Assembly (NCBI RefSeq): GCF_006345805.1
Contig: NC_043011.1
Location: forward strand, 30,640,464-30,704,463
Direction of reading: 5' to 3'
Length of the DNA: 64,000 nt
Source of the DNA: Octopus sinensis
Lineage: Eukaryota
This document shows, piece after piece, positions 52,751-64,000 of this stretch. Both the position numbers and the translations under genes were made by a program. Below the pieces are notes generated by a model. The model was given only the letters and a program-made list of their open reading frames with translations. It searched no databases and had not been told where the DNA came from. Numbering within the stretch: position 1 is the first letter of the stretch; every line of letters begins with the position of its first letter.

Positions 52751-54101
52751 GGTGTCATTCACCATAAATATTTTTTAAAGATTTTCTTTCTCCTCGTACT
52801 GAAATCCTGTGATTCAATAACAAACTGTATTTTGACATCGAGATTGAATATATTTTTATCAAATATATATATGATTCACAAATGCAATGATAACGATGTG
52901 TTGCTGCTTGTATCAATAAACTTCGGCCGTCAACCTTCTTAAATATAAATTACTTTACAGCCTCAATACGTGTTATCGCTTCGCTTTTCATAGGAAAACG
53001 CTATTTACTTTGTAACTATGGTAGTTGGAAGAGAAGGTCACCCTCTTTGTTGAGTCTTGAAAAAAAGATGAAACAAGTGTCTGTAGATTTATCTCAGCAA
53101 CTGAAGATTGTGTGATTAAATCAGCTTATCTTTTCGAGAGGAATTTATGCTTATTAAAGTTATTATTTATGATTAACATATACACCTTTCTTTGAAATAA
53201 AGCTCTGCTGCCATGTTAATAAATGTCGAGAATTAAACTCTGGGCTAGGTCGTTGACATAGGCGAGTAACAGCTCGGTTATTATTTTTTTACGAGCAGGC
53301 ACAAATCGCTTGTAGATATCGGTGTTTGCGAAGTAAGCGACCCTGATTATATATATATATATATATATTGAGCAAACACTATATGAGAGAGGTTTTCTTT
53401 AAGTATTAGAAATAGCTTTAAAAAAGTTTTTTTAGCTGCTATTTCTAATGAGTTCAGTATGCGGCAAAGTAATTTATTTTACTAAGCCCTTTATATAATG
53501 TAATATTATATAATATATATATAGATTATATATATATATATATATTCATGGAAGATTAATAACTGTCAGTCGATTGCTCACTGTCAGCTACCAAACATTC
53601 TATGAAATGTTCACATATTTTTCTATATTTCCACAGCGAGATATTAGATATATATTAACAAAACATATTGTATATGAATTCCATACACACTTTTATTCAA
53701 AACAATACCGTTTCCATACATTGTTTTAAATGAATCTCACCCGCCAACTGTATCTCTACCAAATGGTTTTGTGCGAGTAATAGTTTGTTTATAGTTTTCA
53801 TCAAAAAATATTTATGTTTCTTAACATCAAAGTGTAGTAAGCGACCTTCATGAGTAAGAAAACAGGAAATAATTGTCAGCCGACATCTCAATCTCAGCAA
53901 CAGAATATTTTGTGAAGACAATTGTATGCAATTTACATCATCATTTACACATACATAGTACATACTTGCATACATACTTACGGACATACCAACATACATA
54001 TGACTGTTCATATATGTGTGTATGTGTGTGTGTGTGAGTATGTGTATGTGTGTGTATGTATAAATGCATAAATACACACTTAGACACGTGTGTGTATGTG
54101 C

Positions 54102-54143
<42 letters not shown>

Positions 54144-54245
54144 TTGGAAAAAAACACCTTTTATCAATTCAAAAGTGAAAAATTAAATTACATATTATAG
54201 AAAAATTAAATATAAGATAAATATATATGATTAAGTAATATATAT

Positions 54246-54277
<32 letters not shown>

Positions 54278-54288
54278 CACGCACACAT

Positions 54289-54364
<76 letters not shown>

Positions 54365-54892
54365 AATAGGTCTGATCACAGATTGACCTTGACGTCTTGC
54401 TGTGCATGCGCACTAAGATTTAACGCTCTAGCTCACTTCCGCTGTCTACAGCAGTGCTTGTAAGTGACGTGGGTAGCGTGTGATCGTCACATTGTCCATG
54501 ACAGAGAAAGTTGTCTTCGTGATACCTGCTCAGAGGCCTACGCAAGTGTACGAGTGGTTCCGATGTTTCCAAGATGGCCATAAAAATGTCCTGAGAGACC
54601 TGCAACCAACAAAACTGAGAATAACATCGCAGATGAGCGTGCAGCTGTGACGGAAAATCGTCGAATCACTATCTGAGAGTTATTAGAGGATGTGCAGATT
54701 AGTTACGCTTCAGTTCAGTCCATTATGACTGAAAATTTGGGCATGAGACACGTGTCTGCCAAGTTTGTGCAAAAACTGCTTTCAGCTGACACTCGGGTTT
54801 CAGTTTGCACAAGATCTCCTTGATCTTTACTCTGCGTGCTTTAGCTTCGTTACTATGACAACAGTCCGGATACTTATTGATCAGACTACATA
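54365..54892 (+). mobile_element. Internally deleted mariner, same family as 28757
   Basis: VYEWFRCFQDG, NLGMRHVSAKFV; right TIR acagtccggatacttattgatcagactac. Confidence 0.82.
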
Positions 54893-55010
54893 TATACACA
54901 TACACATATATATAATATATATTCATATATATATATATAATATATATATTATATATATATATATATATATAATATATATAATATATATAATATATATATT
55001 ATATATATAT

Positions 55011-55056
<46 letters not shown>

Positions 55057-55309
55057 TATATACACGCATATATATATATATATACATATAATATATATAT
55101 ATATATGTATATATATGTATATATATATGTATGTATATATATGTAGTATATATGTATGTATATATAATGTCCCATTTTGTATTTTATATATATATATTAA
55201 ACAGAGAGATGCTGTAAAATAGAAAGAGACAGATATTATGAGTCAACGGGAGAGGAACAAATCCGTTACACACCCATATGTGTGTGTATGAGTATATATA
55301 TATATATAT

Positions 55310-55522
<213 letters not shown>

Positions 55523-56979
55523 AAAAACCCAGTATACTTTAGAAGTAGACGAAACGAAACTATGCAGGAAGGGAATGAGAAGAAAAGATATCTATATTTC
55601 GCAGTGTTTCTGCTTCATCTTTGCCACATACTCACTCCACTTCCGAAACAAAGTCAAGTTACAAGTTAGAAGTATATACAAAAATTCAATATATTTGCTG
55701 ATGTGCAATAACGCTGTACAAGTAAGACAAAATTCAAATCTACTGAAAGCTTACAAATGTTTCAGATAAGTATTGGAAAGATTTGGTTCCATAGTGCAAT
55801 TGTATTTATCCATTAGTCCATTACCTATCCACAGAAAAATAGAGGACAATTGCTTTCTCCTCTTCTCCTCAGAGCTACATTAGACTAACCATCAAATGAA
55901 AGGAATTTGATCAAGTTGGTATTATTTGAAAACTAGGTCGTCTAGTTTATGCAATTGCCTGACCAGTTGCCTACGCAAGCAAAGCTGAGAAGTTGAACAG
56001 TAGTAGCAGCAAAAATATAAATAGTTGATACGATTTGAAGTCTGATACTTTACTACCTCGTTTAGTGCCGCCTCAGATAGCAGGGACAGTGTATTGAAGT
56101 TTACTACTAGATTTTGAAATGTTAGTAGAGGAGAAGTAGATTTAAATTATACAAAATAATTGACAGATTGAAGACTCCCCAATTATTTATTTAGAAATAA
56201 CAGATAGCTATTCACTATATATCAATATAATCGGTTTTAGGTATATAATAAAGGTCATGAAAATAACAAGCAGAGATCATAAATAAACTATAAATTGATA
56301 TACTATAGTGACAGAAAGATGACAAGAAAAATAGTGCCTAAAAGAATATAGTAGAGGAAATTTATGTAAAAAAAAACAATAGAAGAGAAAAGGGAATTGT
56401 GAGAAGAGAAAAGGGAATTGAAGTTCAATATTTCCTTGTAGATAAATAAGTAGAAAATATGAGCAGAGAAACTCTCATGATTAAAAATTATTAAATAATT
56501 AAATTTGCTATAAGCACTAAAGAACTGAACCTGGAAGGCAGACTGAAGTTACCATCTCCTGTTGCTGTAACTTATTTTCATGAGAATCATTTGAAGGTTT
56601 TGTTAAATAAATGCTTACATCTTAACACTAGTTAATATCTTTTGTCCAAAGTATTAGACTCTGACATGAATAAATAGTGATTCTTCGAGATAAAGGTCAC
56701 GTCTAAGCTTTTCTATATCATAAGGTCACACACTGATCAATATTGCACCCTTGATATCATAATTCGTGTTGCTAGCTTTCAGTTCCTAAATATACTTTCA
56801 TTAAGAGGTCGAGCTTTCCTTATTCCTATGTTTAAAAGAAGTGACGTGCTTATATTATCGTCATTTTAAGCTGGTTGTGCCAGAACCCATATAATAGTGA
56901 ATTAGTTCTCCTGTATCTACTTTCTCCTTAGGCATTGTTCATCTAACGGACATTTATTAAGGTCTCTACAATCACAATT

Positions 56980-57034
<55 letters not shown>

Positions 57035-57073
57035 AGAAGAAGAAGAAGAAGAAGAAGAAGAAGAAGAAGAAGA

Positions 57074-60000
57074 CCGGGGGACGTTTAAGATGTAAGAACG
57101 ATAAAACAGAGCTCCGAAATCTATCCACAAACATCGAAAACAAGGACATCGTATGGAGCCAAAAATTTACTAACAAAGGATTGGACTGTATCCGAGTAAG
57201 TAATACTCATTGAAATTTATTACTATTTTCGAAACGAAATGATGTATTTTGACTCGATATCATCTCCACCTCTAACACAACACATGTAAACATGCGTGAA
57301 ACATTACGATCCATCAACACCAGATCATCCCCGACCCCAAACAGCATGTACAAAGGAACTACGAAGAAATTAAATACCACCGATATTATTCAACCCAAGA
57401 ATAACAATCGGGAGGTACGTACTTTAAACTTACAACACAAAATGTACGAAAAACTACACGTACAAAACAATATGACAACAGAAATGAACGGACCGGTACC
57501 CTACGAAAATGACGACCGTCAACATAATGGGCCGGGCGTTGTTCCTCATGTCCCGCAAATAAAACCCAAAAGACATAAATGGACACGTGAGGAATACATT
57601 TCTATCCTACACGCATACTTCACAGCAGTGCTCTACCCAAAAAATGAAAACACAACAACACACACATATAAAATATGGAAGGAAAATAACATAAATATAG
57701 ACTTGAATACAGCAATGAACCCTAATAAACTAGCTAACGTACGAAGATACATTCTCAACGCAAAAAAAAAATATCAGAAATAGAAATAGAACATCTAAAA
57801 GAAAAAATACACCAGGAAAATGTAGATAGAAGCCACACAACAATGCCCAATAATATAAACACTGAAACAGTAAAACACCGTGATAAACGTAACATTCCCA
57901 ACAAACACGATGTAAACAAAAAACAACAAACCCAGACCGTAAGGATGCATAATAATACATGACAAACAGCAAGCCAAAACACGGCAAACAAACATATAAA
58001 TAAGAAAGAAAGCGACACAAATCTAAAACCTGGAAACAACGAAGGGGAGCCTAATGATTATGATAATATAAAAAGTAAAATAATCAAAGAACTGAAAACC
58101 ACAGAGCTCAAAATGGACCACCGACCATACCTTCCAAAAATCAAAATAGACGAAACAACAACACCAATTATAAACAGCATAAACCTAACCGTCACGGAAC
58201 TAATAGCCACTGAACCAAAAAGCGATATCACTGAGCTAAATGACTTAGTATACGCAGCAGCCACTGCAGCCATAAAAGAAGCCGGTTACTCACTCAAACC
58301 CATCTAAACAAGAGTACCACCACCCAAACAAACCCTGTGGATAAATAACATCCAAAACAAAATACAAAAAATGAGAAAAAATCTGTCGATTCTTAATGAA
58401 ATCAGTAGACAATCAACTCTACTGAGCAACAAAAAGAAAACAAAAATACTCCGCAAATATAACATCACAGAAAAAGATTTACCTGAGATAAAAGAAAAGC
58501 TGAAGCAAGATATCCTAGCCAAAGCACAAAGGATCCGCCGGTACGAGAAACGCCAGCGCTTCTTTGAACAAAACAAAAAGTTCAACTCCAACCCCAAAAA
58601 GTTCTACCAAGAACTTGGCAAAAATAAAATAGAAATCACTGCAGCACCAACGGCAGAAGAAGTGGAAGAATTCTGGAGAGAAATATGGTCGGCGAACGAA
58701 CAACCAAAAAAAAGGAGTATTAAAACAACAAACTCAGCATCTGAGCAACTTTGGACCCCCATAACAACTGAAGAGGTCACCCAGGCACTGCAAAAACTAA
58801 GCAACTGGAAGGCACCTGGGCATGACAAGATCCCCAACTTCTGGTTGAAATATCTAACAGGAATGCACAAAAAACTGGCTGAAAACTTTAACAATATACT
58901 AGCAGAGCCAGAGACAATGCCTGAATGGCTCACGAAGGGGAAAACCATCTTAATTCCCAAATCAAATGAGACAGCAAAACCAGAAAACTACAGACCAATA
59001 ACCTGTCTCCCTACAATGTACAAGGCATTTACTGCAGTGATATCGCAAAGGTTGAACAAGCACCTGGACGAAAACAACCTGTTTCCAGAAGAGCAGAAAG
59101 GATGTCGCAAAGGCTTATATGGCTGTAAAGATCAACTAATGATTAATAAAGCCATAACTGAAGACAGCCACAGAAAGAAGAAAGGCCTCAGTATGACCTG
59201 GATCGACTACAAAAAAGCGTTTGATAGCATCCCCCACACATGGATCCTCGAAACACTAGCCATTAACAAAGTAGCACCAACAATTATAAAATTCATAGGG
59301 CACTCTATGAATAAATGACAAACAGTGCTACAGTTCCAAACAAAAGAGGGACTCATGAAAACCAAAGCCATCCCCATTAGAAGAGGAATATTCCAGGGAG
59401 ACACTCTCTCTCCACTCCTTTTCTGCTTGGCACTGCCACCTCTATCTGATATGCTAAATAGAACTGGATGCGGATATAAATGTTACAGCAAAAAGATCAG
59501 CCACCGTTTATATATGGATGACCTAAAACTATACGCTGCAAATGACAAACAGCTGGAAACACTATTAAAGACAGTTCATGGATTTACCAAAGAAATAGAT
59601 ATGAAATTTGGATTAGAAAAATGCGCCAAAGTAACCATGAAAAAGGAAAACTAGTTAAGAGTAGCAACATCACACTAGATAAAACCAATGAAATAAAAGA
59701 ATTAGACCAAAGCCAAACTTACAAATACTTAGGAATCCATGAACTAGATAAGACACAACACACACAAATGAAAGAGAAAATAAAAAAAAGAATATTATAG
59801 ACGAGTTAGATCAATACTAAAAAGAGAGCTCAATGCTAAAAACAAGATAATAGGTATTAACACTTTAGCTGTCCCAGTTATAAGTTACAGCTACAATAGC
59901 CTTAACTGGACACTAACTGAACTGACCAAAATAGATAGGAAAACAAGAAAAATAATAACAGGATCTAGGATGCATCACCCAAAATCTGACATAGAAAGAC

Positions 60001-61241
60001 TATATATACAACGTATAGAAGGTGGTAGAGGCCTTATACAGCTGGAAAACTACTATAAAATAATCACCATAGGACTGCAAAAATATCTACTTCAGAAGGA
60101 AGGAAAACTGATACAAATAGCGGCAAAACACGAGCAAAACAAAAAAACTGTTCTCAGTATTTAAGGAAGCTGACAAATACAAACAAGAAATCATACCACC
60201 TAATAAATATGAAGAAGAAGAAGAAGAAGAAGAAGAAGAAGAAGAAGAAGAAGAAGAAGAAGAAGAAGAAGAAGAAGAAGAAGAAGAGAAGAAGAAGAAG
60301 AAGAAGAAGAAACAACAAAAGCTATAAAACAAATGAAATCCAAACTAAAAATAGAACAGCAACGAACCATGATAAAGCGATGGCAAGAAAAGCCCCTTCA
60401 TGGTAAATACTGGACTAAACTAAACACAAAAGAAATAGACAAAGAAAAATCCCAGCAATGGTTGAGAAGCTCAGGACTCAAAGCAGAGACAGAGGGATTT
60501 TTAATTGCAGCACAAGACCAAAGCCTCCCCACCAGAAATTACCAAAAACATGTAATGAAAAGAAATATAACAAGTAACTGCAGAATATGTGGCGGTGGAC
60601 AAGAAACAATAAATCATATTATCTCTGGCTGCCCAGTCCTGGCTAAGAAGGAATATATTCACAGACATGACAGAGTTGGAACCTACATACATTGGAAGCT
60701 ATGTCAACATTATGGAATAACAACAGAATAGAGATGGTATAGGCACACGCCAGAAAAGATCACAGAAAACGAGAAAGCAACCATACTCTGGGATATGCCG
60801 ATACACACATATAGAGAAATTAAGGCCAACATACCAGATATAGTTGTCAGAGATCACGAAGAAAAAAAATGCTTTCTAATTGATGTATCAATACCGGCAG
60901 ATGACAACGTGTCTCTAAAAGAAATGGAGAAACTTTCAAAATACAAAGACCTGGAAAAAGAGGTAACCAGAATGTGGAATCTAAAATCAGAAACAATTCC
61001 TATCATAATAGGTGCATTAGGCATGATAAAAAATATTCAGACAAATACATAGCAAAAACACCAGGACTTACAAACACATATAACATACAGAAAATTGCAC
61101 TACTAGGCACTGCACACATCCTACGCAGAACACTTTCCATACAATAACCATCAGAGCATCACAACAAATCACTGCACATACCTAAGACACGCAGAGCTGC
61201 GCTCGGTAGTGAAGTGAAAGCACGCTATAAAAATAAAACTA

Positions 61242-61246
<5 letters not shown>
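57074..61246 (+). mobile_element. Near full-length R4/Dong-like non-LTR retrotransposon (RT, CCHC, restriction-like endonuclease), disrupted
   Basis: KWTREE Myb-like N-terminus, KAPGHDKI, YRPITCLPT, WIDYKKAFDS, GIFQGDTLSPLLF, LYMDDLK, CRICGGGQETINHIISGC, RHD, PDIVV..IDVSIP..KLSKYKDL; ends in (TAA)n at 61246-61290. Confidence 0.95.
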
Positions 61247-61288
<42 letters not shown>

Positions 61289-61769
61289 TAATAACGCTTC
61301 GATAGGTCTAATCAAGAAGCATGAACTCTAAAATTTACAACGTTGTGTGAGGATATAATTTCTGCTAGATTCTTATACAAACTTAATTGAATGCTTATTA
61401 AACAATTTCCTGTATCGACTTGATGGTGGAAAGTTCATCTCCAAGGTCACGAAAGATTTTCTTAGAATATTGACATCGATCATGGCTCTGTATAGGGCAT
61501 TATACCAAACAACTTGCCTTAAGCTATCTTTCCGTTTCATTGAATTGCCATTGTCTACTTCTCCTATTGATATTTTCAAGGTTAATTCCACACCTATTAT
61601 AATTAATGTCGTTCTGATGAGTACATAATTATGATTTTATTTAACATATTCCCCTCCCAAATTCATTCACTTATTGCAGCAGCCCTTCGGTTTTTCTAAG
61701 CTTGTAAAAGAAATTGGAAATTTAGGCCAGGCCTGTCATGACACCCTTAAAGCCATGAACTTTTCAGCA

Positions 61770-61927
61770 CAGGAGTGGCTGTGTAGTAAGTAGCTTGCTT
61801 ACCAACCACATGGTTCCGGGTTCATTTCCACTGTATGGCACCATGGGCAAGTGTCTTCTACTATAGCCTCGGGCCGACCAAGGTCTTGTGAGTGGATTTG
61901 GTAAACGGAAACTGAAAGAAGCCCGTC

Positions 61928-62001
<74 letters not shown>

Positions 62002-62215
62002 ATGTTTGTGTGTCTGTGTTTGTCCCCCCAACATCGCTTGACAAAAGATGCTGGTATATCTATGTCCCCGTTACTTAGCGGTTCTGCAAGAGAGACCGAT
62101 AGGATAAGTACTAGGCTTACAAAGAATAAGTCCTGGGGTCGATTTGCTCGACTAAAGGCGGTGCTCCAGCATGACCAGAGTCAAATGACTGAAACAAATA
62201 AAAGAATAAGAGAAT
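61770..62215 (+). mobile_element. Full-length SINE family B
   Basis: ggagtggctgtgtagtaag ... gactgaaacaaataaaaga. Confidence 0.92.
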
Positions 62216-62236
62216 AAAAGAAACCCCTCGTGTGTG

Positions 62237-62283
<47 letters not shown>

Positions 62284-62285
<2 letters not shown>

Positions 62286-63062
62286 TAGCAGTATTACCCG
62301 GCTCGTGCGCTCGTGCGTTCTATGCACGCGCGAATTAAGCTAAACTTGGATGAAGTTCAATCAAAATTCAATTATTTTGGTTTTAAAATCAAGCATTTAA
62401 TGCCCTCTACTTTTGCGCTTATGTGTTCCATTTCCTCAATAGGAAGTACGTAGAAGCGTTTCATAAATTTTTGTTGATCAAATAATTGCATTGTTGAATT
62501 ATTCTTTTAGATCAGTATTTCTCAACGGGGATTTCAGGGGAGAGTTTCAGGAAGTCGCTGGCAATGTATCGTGATTATCAAAAATCCGGCCTGCTAAAAT
62601 TTCAAACTGCAGAATCAACGCAAAATGATCACATTTAATTCAAAGCGTTAAAAATGTTATGAAAACAATTGGTATGTGTTCACAAAGTCCAAACGATTAA
62701 TACGAAAAAACCCTCCAGGCTACATTCCGAAAATTCATTTCTTTGCCGAATTTCTACAATGTTTACGGCGATTCGTTTTTATATCTTGATTTTTTTACTT
62801 TTCATGCTTGCACCCGTGGTGAACACAGTTAAGGCCTAAACAAACACATAATCGATTTTTGCACTTGCGAGATAAATTTCGGAACAGAAATAGCGCAGTT
62901 CAATTTTTCTTCGCCTAAACTTTAAGTGACCCATTTTTGGTGGTTCTACGATTTGTTGGCTAGGAGGAGATGTGCCGGGAAGTTAAACACACAGACACAC
63001 ACACAGACACACACACAGATACACACACACAGATACACACACAGTTGAGTTTTATATATATA
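62284..63062 (-). mobile_element. Non-autonomous Helitron-like element (Lep1-like architecture)
   Basis: On the minus strand: starts atatatatataaaa, has (TGTGTC)-like repeats near the 5' end, and ends in CTAG after a GC-rich hairpin (cgtgcgttctatgcacg). Confidence 0.65.
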
Positions 63063-63469
63063 TATACACGCACGCACACACACACAGATACATACATATA
63101 TACATGCATATGTATATATGCTCATCATATATGTGTGTGAGTGCGTGTGTGTGTGTTCATATATACAGACACTCACGCAAAATATATATGTATATAGAAA
63201 TTCATACACATGCTCACTCACACAAAAACACATACACACACACACACCCATATATATATTATATATATTCATGCGTGTATGAATTGTGTGCAAGTTTTTC
63301 TGAAATTACATATACTCAAAATACATGCAACCTCATGTGGCATGATATGTTAGAACAATTTTTGAATAAAATGAGAAGTAAAATTCCCCAAAACCAATGA
63401 AACTGTTGAGACCAAAAACTGATTAGAATATTCGAAGAATCTAACAAGAATAATATTATATTTGCCATA

Positions 63470-64000
63470 AAGCGGCGAGCTGACAGAATCGTTAGCATGC
63501 CGGGCGAAATGCGTAGCCGTATTTCGTCTGCCGTTACGTTCTGAATTCAAATTCCACCGCGGTCGACTTTGTATTTCATCCTTTCGGGGTCGATTAAACA
63601 AGTACCAGTTACGTACTGGGGTCGATGTAATCGACTTAATCCGTTTGTCTGTCCTTGTTTGTCCCCTCTGTGTTTAGTCCCTTGTGGGTAGTAAAGAAAT
63701 ATGTATTTCGTCTGCGCTACGTTCTGAGTTCAAATTCCGCCGATGTCGACTCTGCCTTTCATCCTTTCGGGGTCGATTAAATATGTACCAGTTACGCACT
63801 GGTGTCGATATAATCGACTTAATCCCTTTGTCTGTCATTGTTCGTCCCCTCTGTGTTTAGCCCCTTGTGGGTAGTAAAGAAATAGGTATTTCGTCTGTCT
63901 TTACGTTCTGAGTTCAAATTCCGTCGAGGTCGACTTTGCCTTTCATCCTTTCGGGGTCGATAGATTAAGTACCAGTTACGCACTGGGGTCGATGTAATCG
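63470..64000 (+). mobile_element. Family A SINE with at least three tandem bodies of about 190 bp, running off the window
   Basis: gtatttcgtctg...gtagtaaagaaata repeated at about 63519, 63703 and 63886. Confidence 0.92.

Noticed and set aside
62940-63060. Host gene or promoter near the window end
   Set aside because: Explained by Helitron-like repeat and microsatellite.

Overview
AT-rich animal genomic DNA made almost entirely of transposable-element remnants and microsatellites. No host protein-coding gene can be supported; most listed ORFs are translations of (AT)n, (AC)n, (ACAT)n, (GATA)n, (AAT)n, (AAG)n or (GA)n tracts. The tRNA-derived SINE families resemble those I recall from Octopus/coleoid cephalopods (inference, no search run). 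Large elements: a near full-length RTE-clade LINE (35905-39877, +), a near full-length R4/Dong-like REL LINE (57074-61246, +), a Penelope-like element with RT and GIY-YIG (about 31155-32990, -), and decayed RTE, CR1-like and L1/Tx1-like LINEs. Also present: mariner relics, MITEs, a non-autonomous Helitron-like element and four SINE families. Main leads: (1) a covarying RNA structure (three-way junction plus pseudoknot) at the extreme 5' end of two divergent RTE-type elements, not matching ribozyme folds I know; (2) two REL LINE families that sit in specific microsatellites, (AAT)n and apparently (ACAT)n; (3) hammerhead-like motifs in a triple tandem repeat next to the Penelope element. Many boundaries are approximate.
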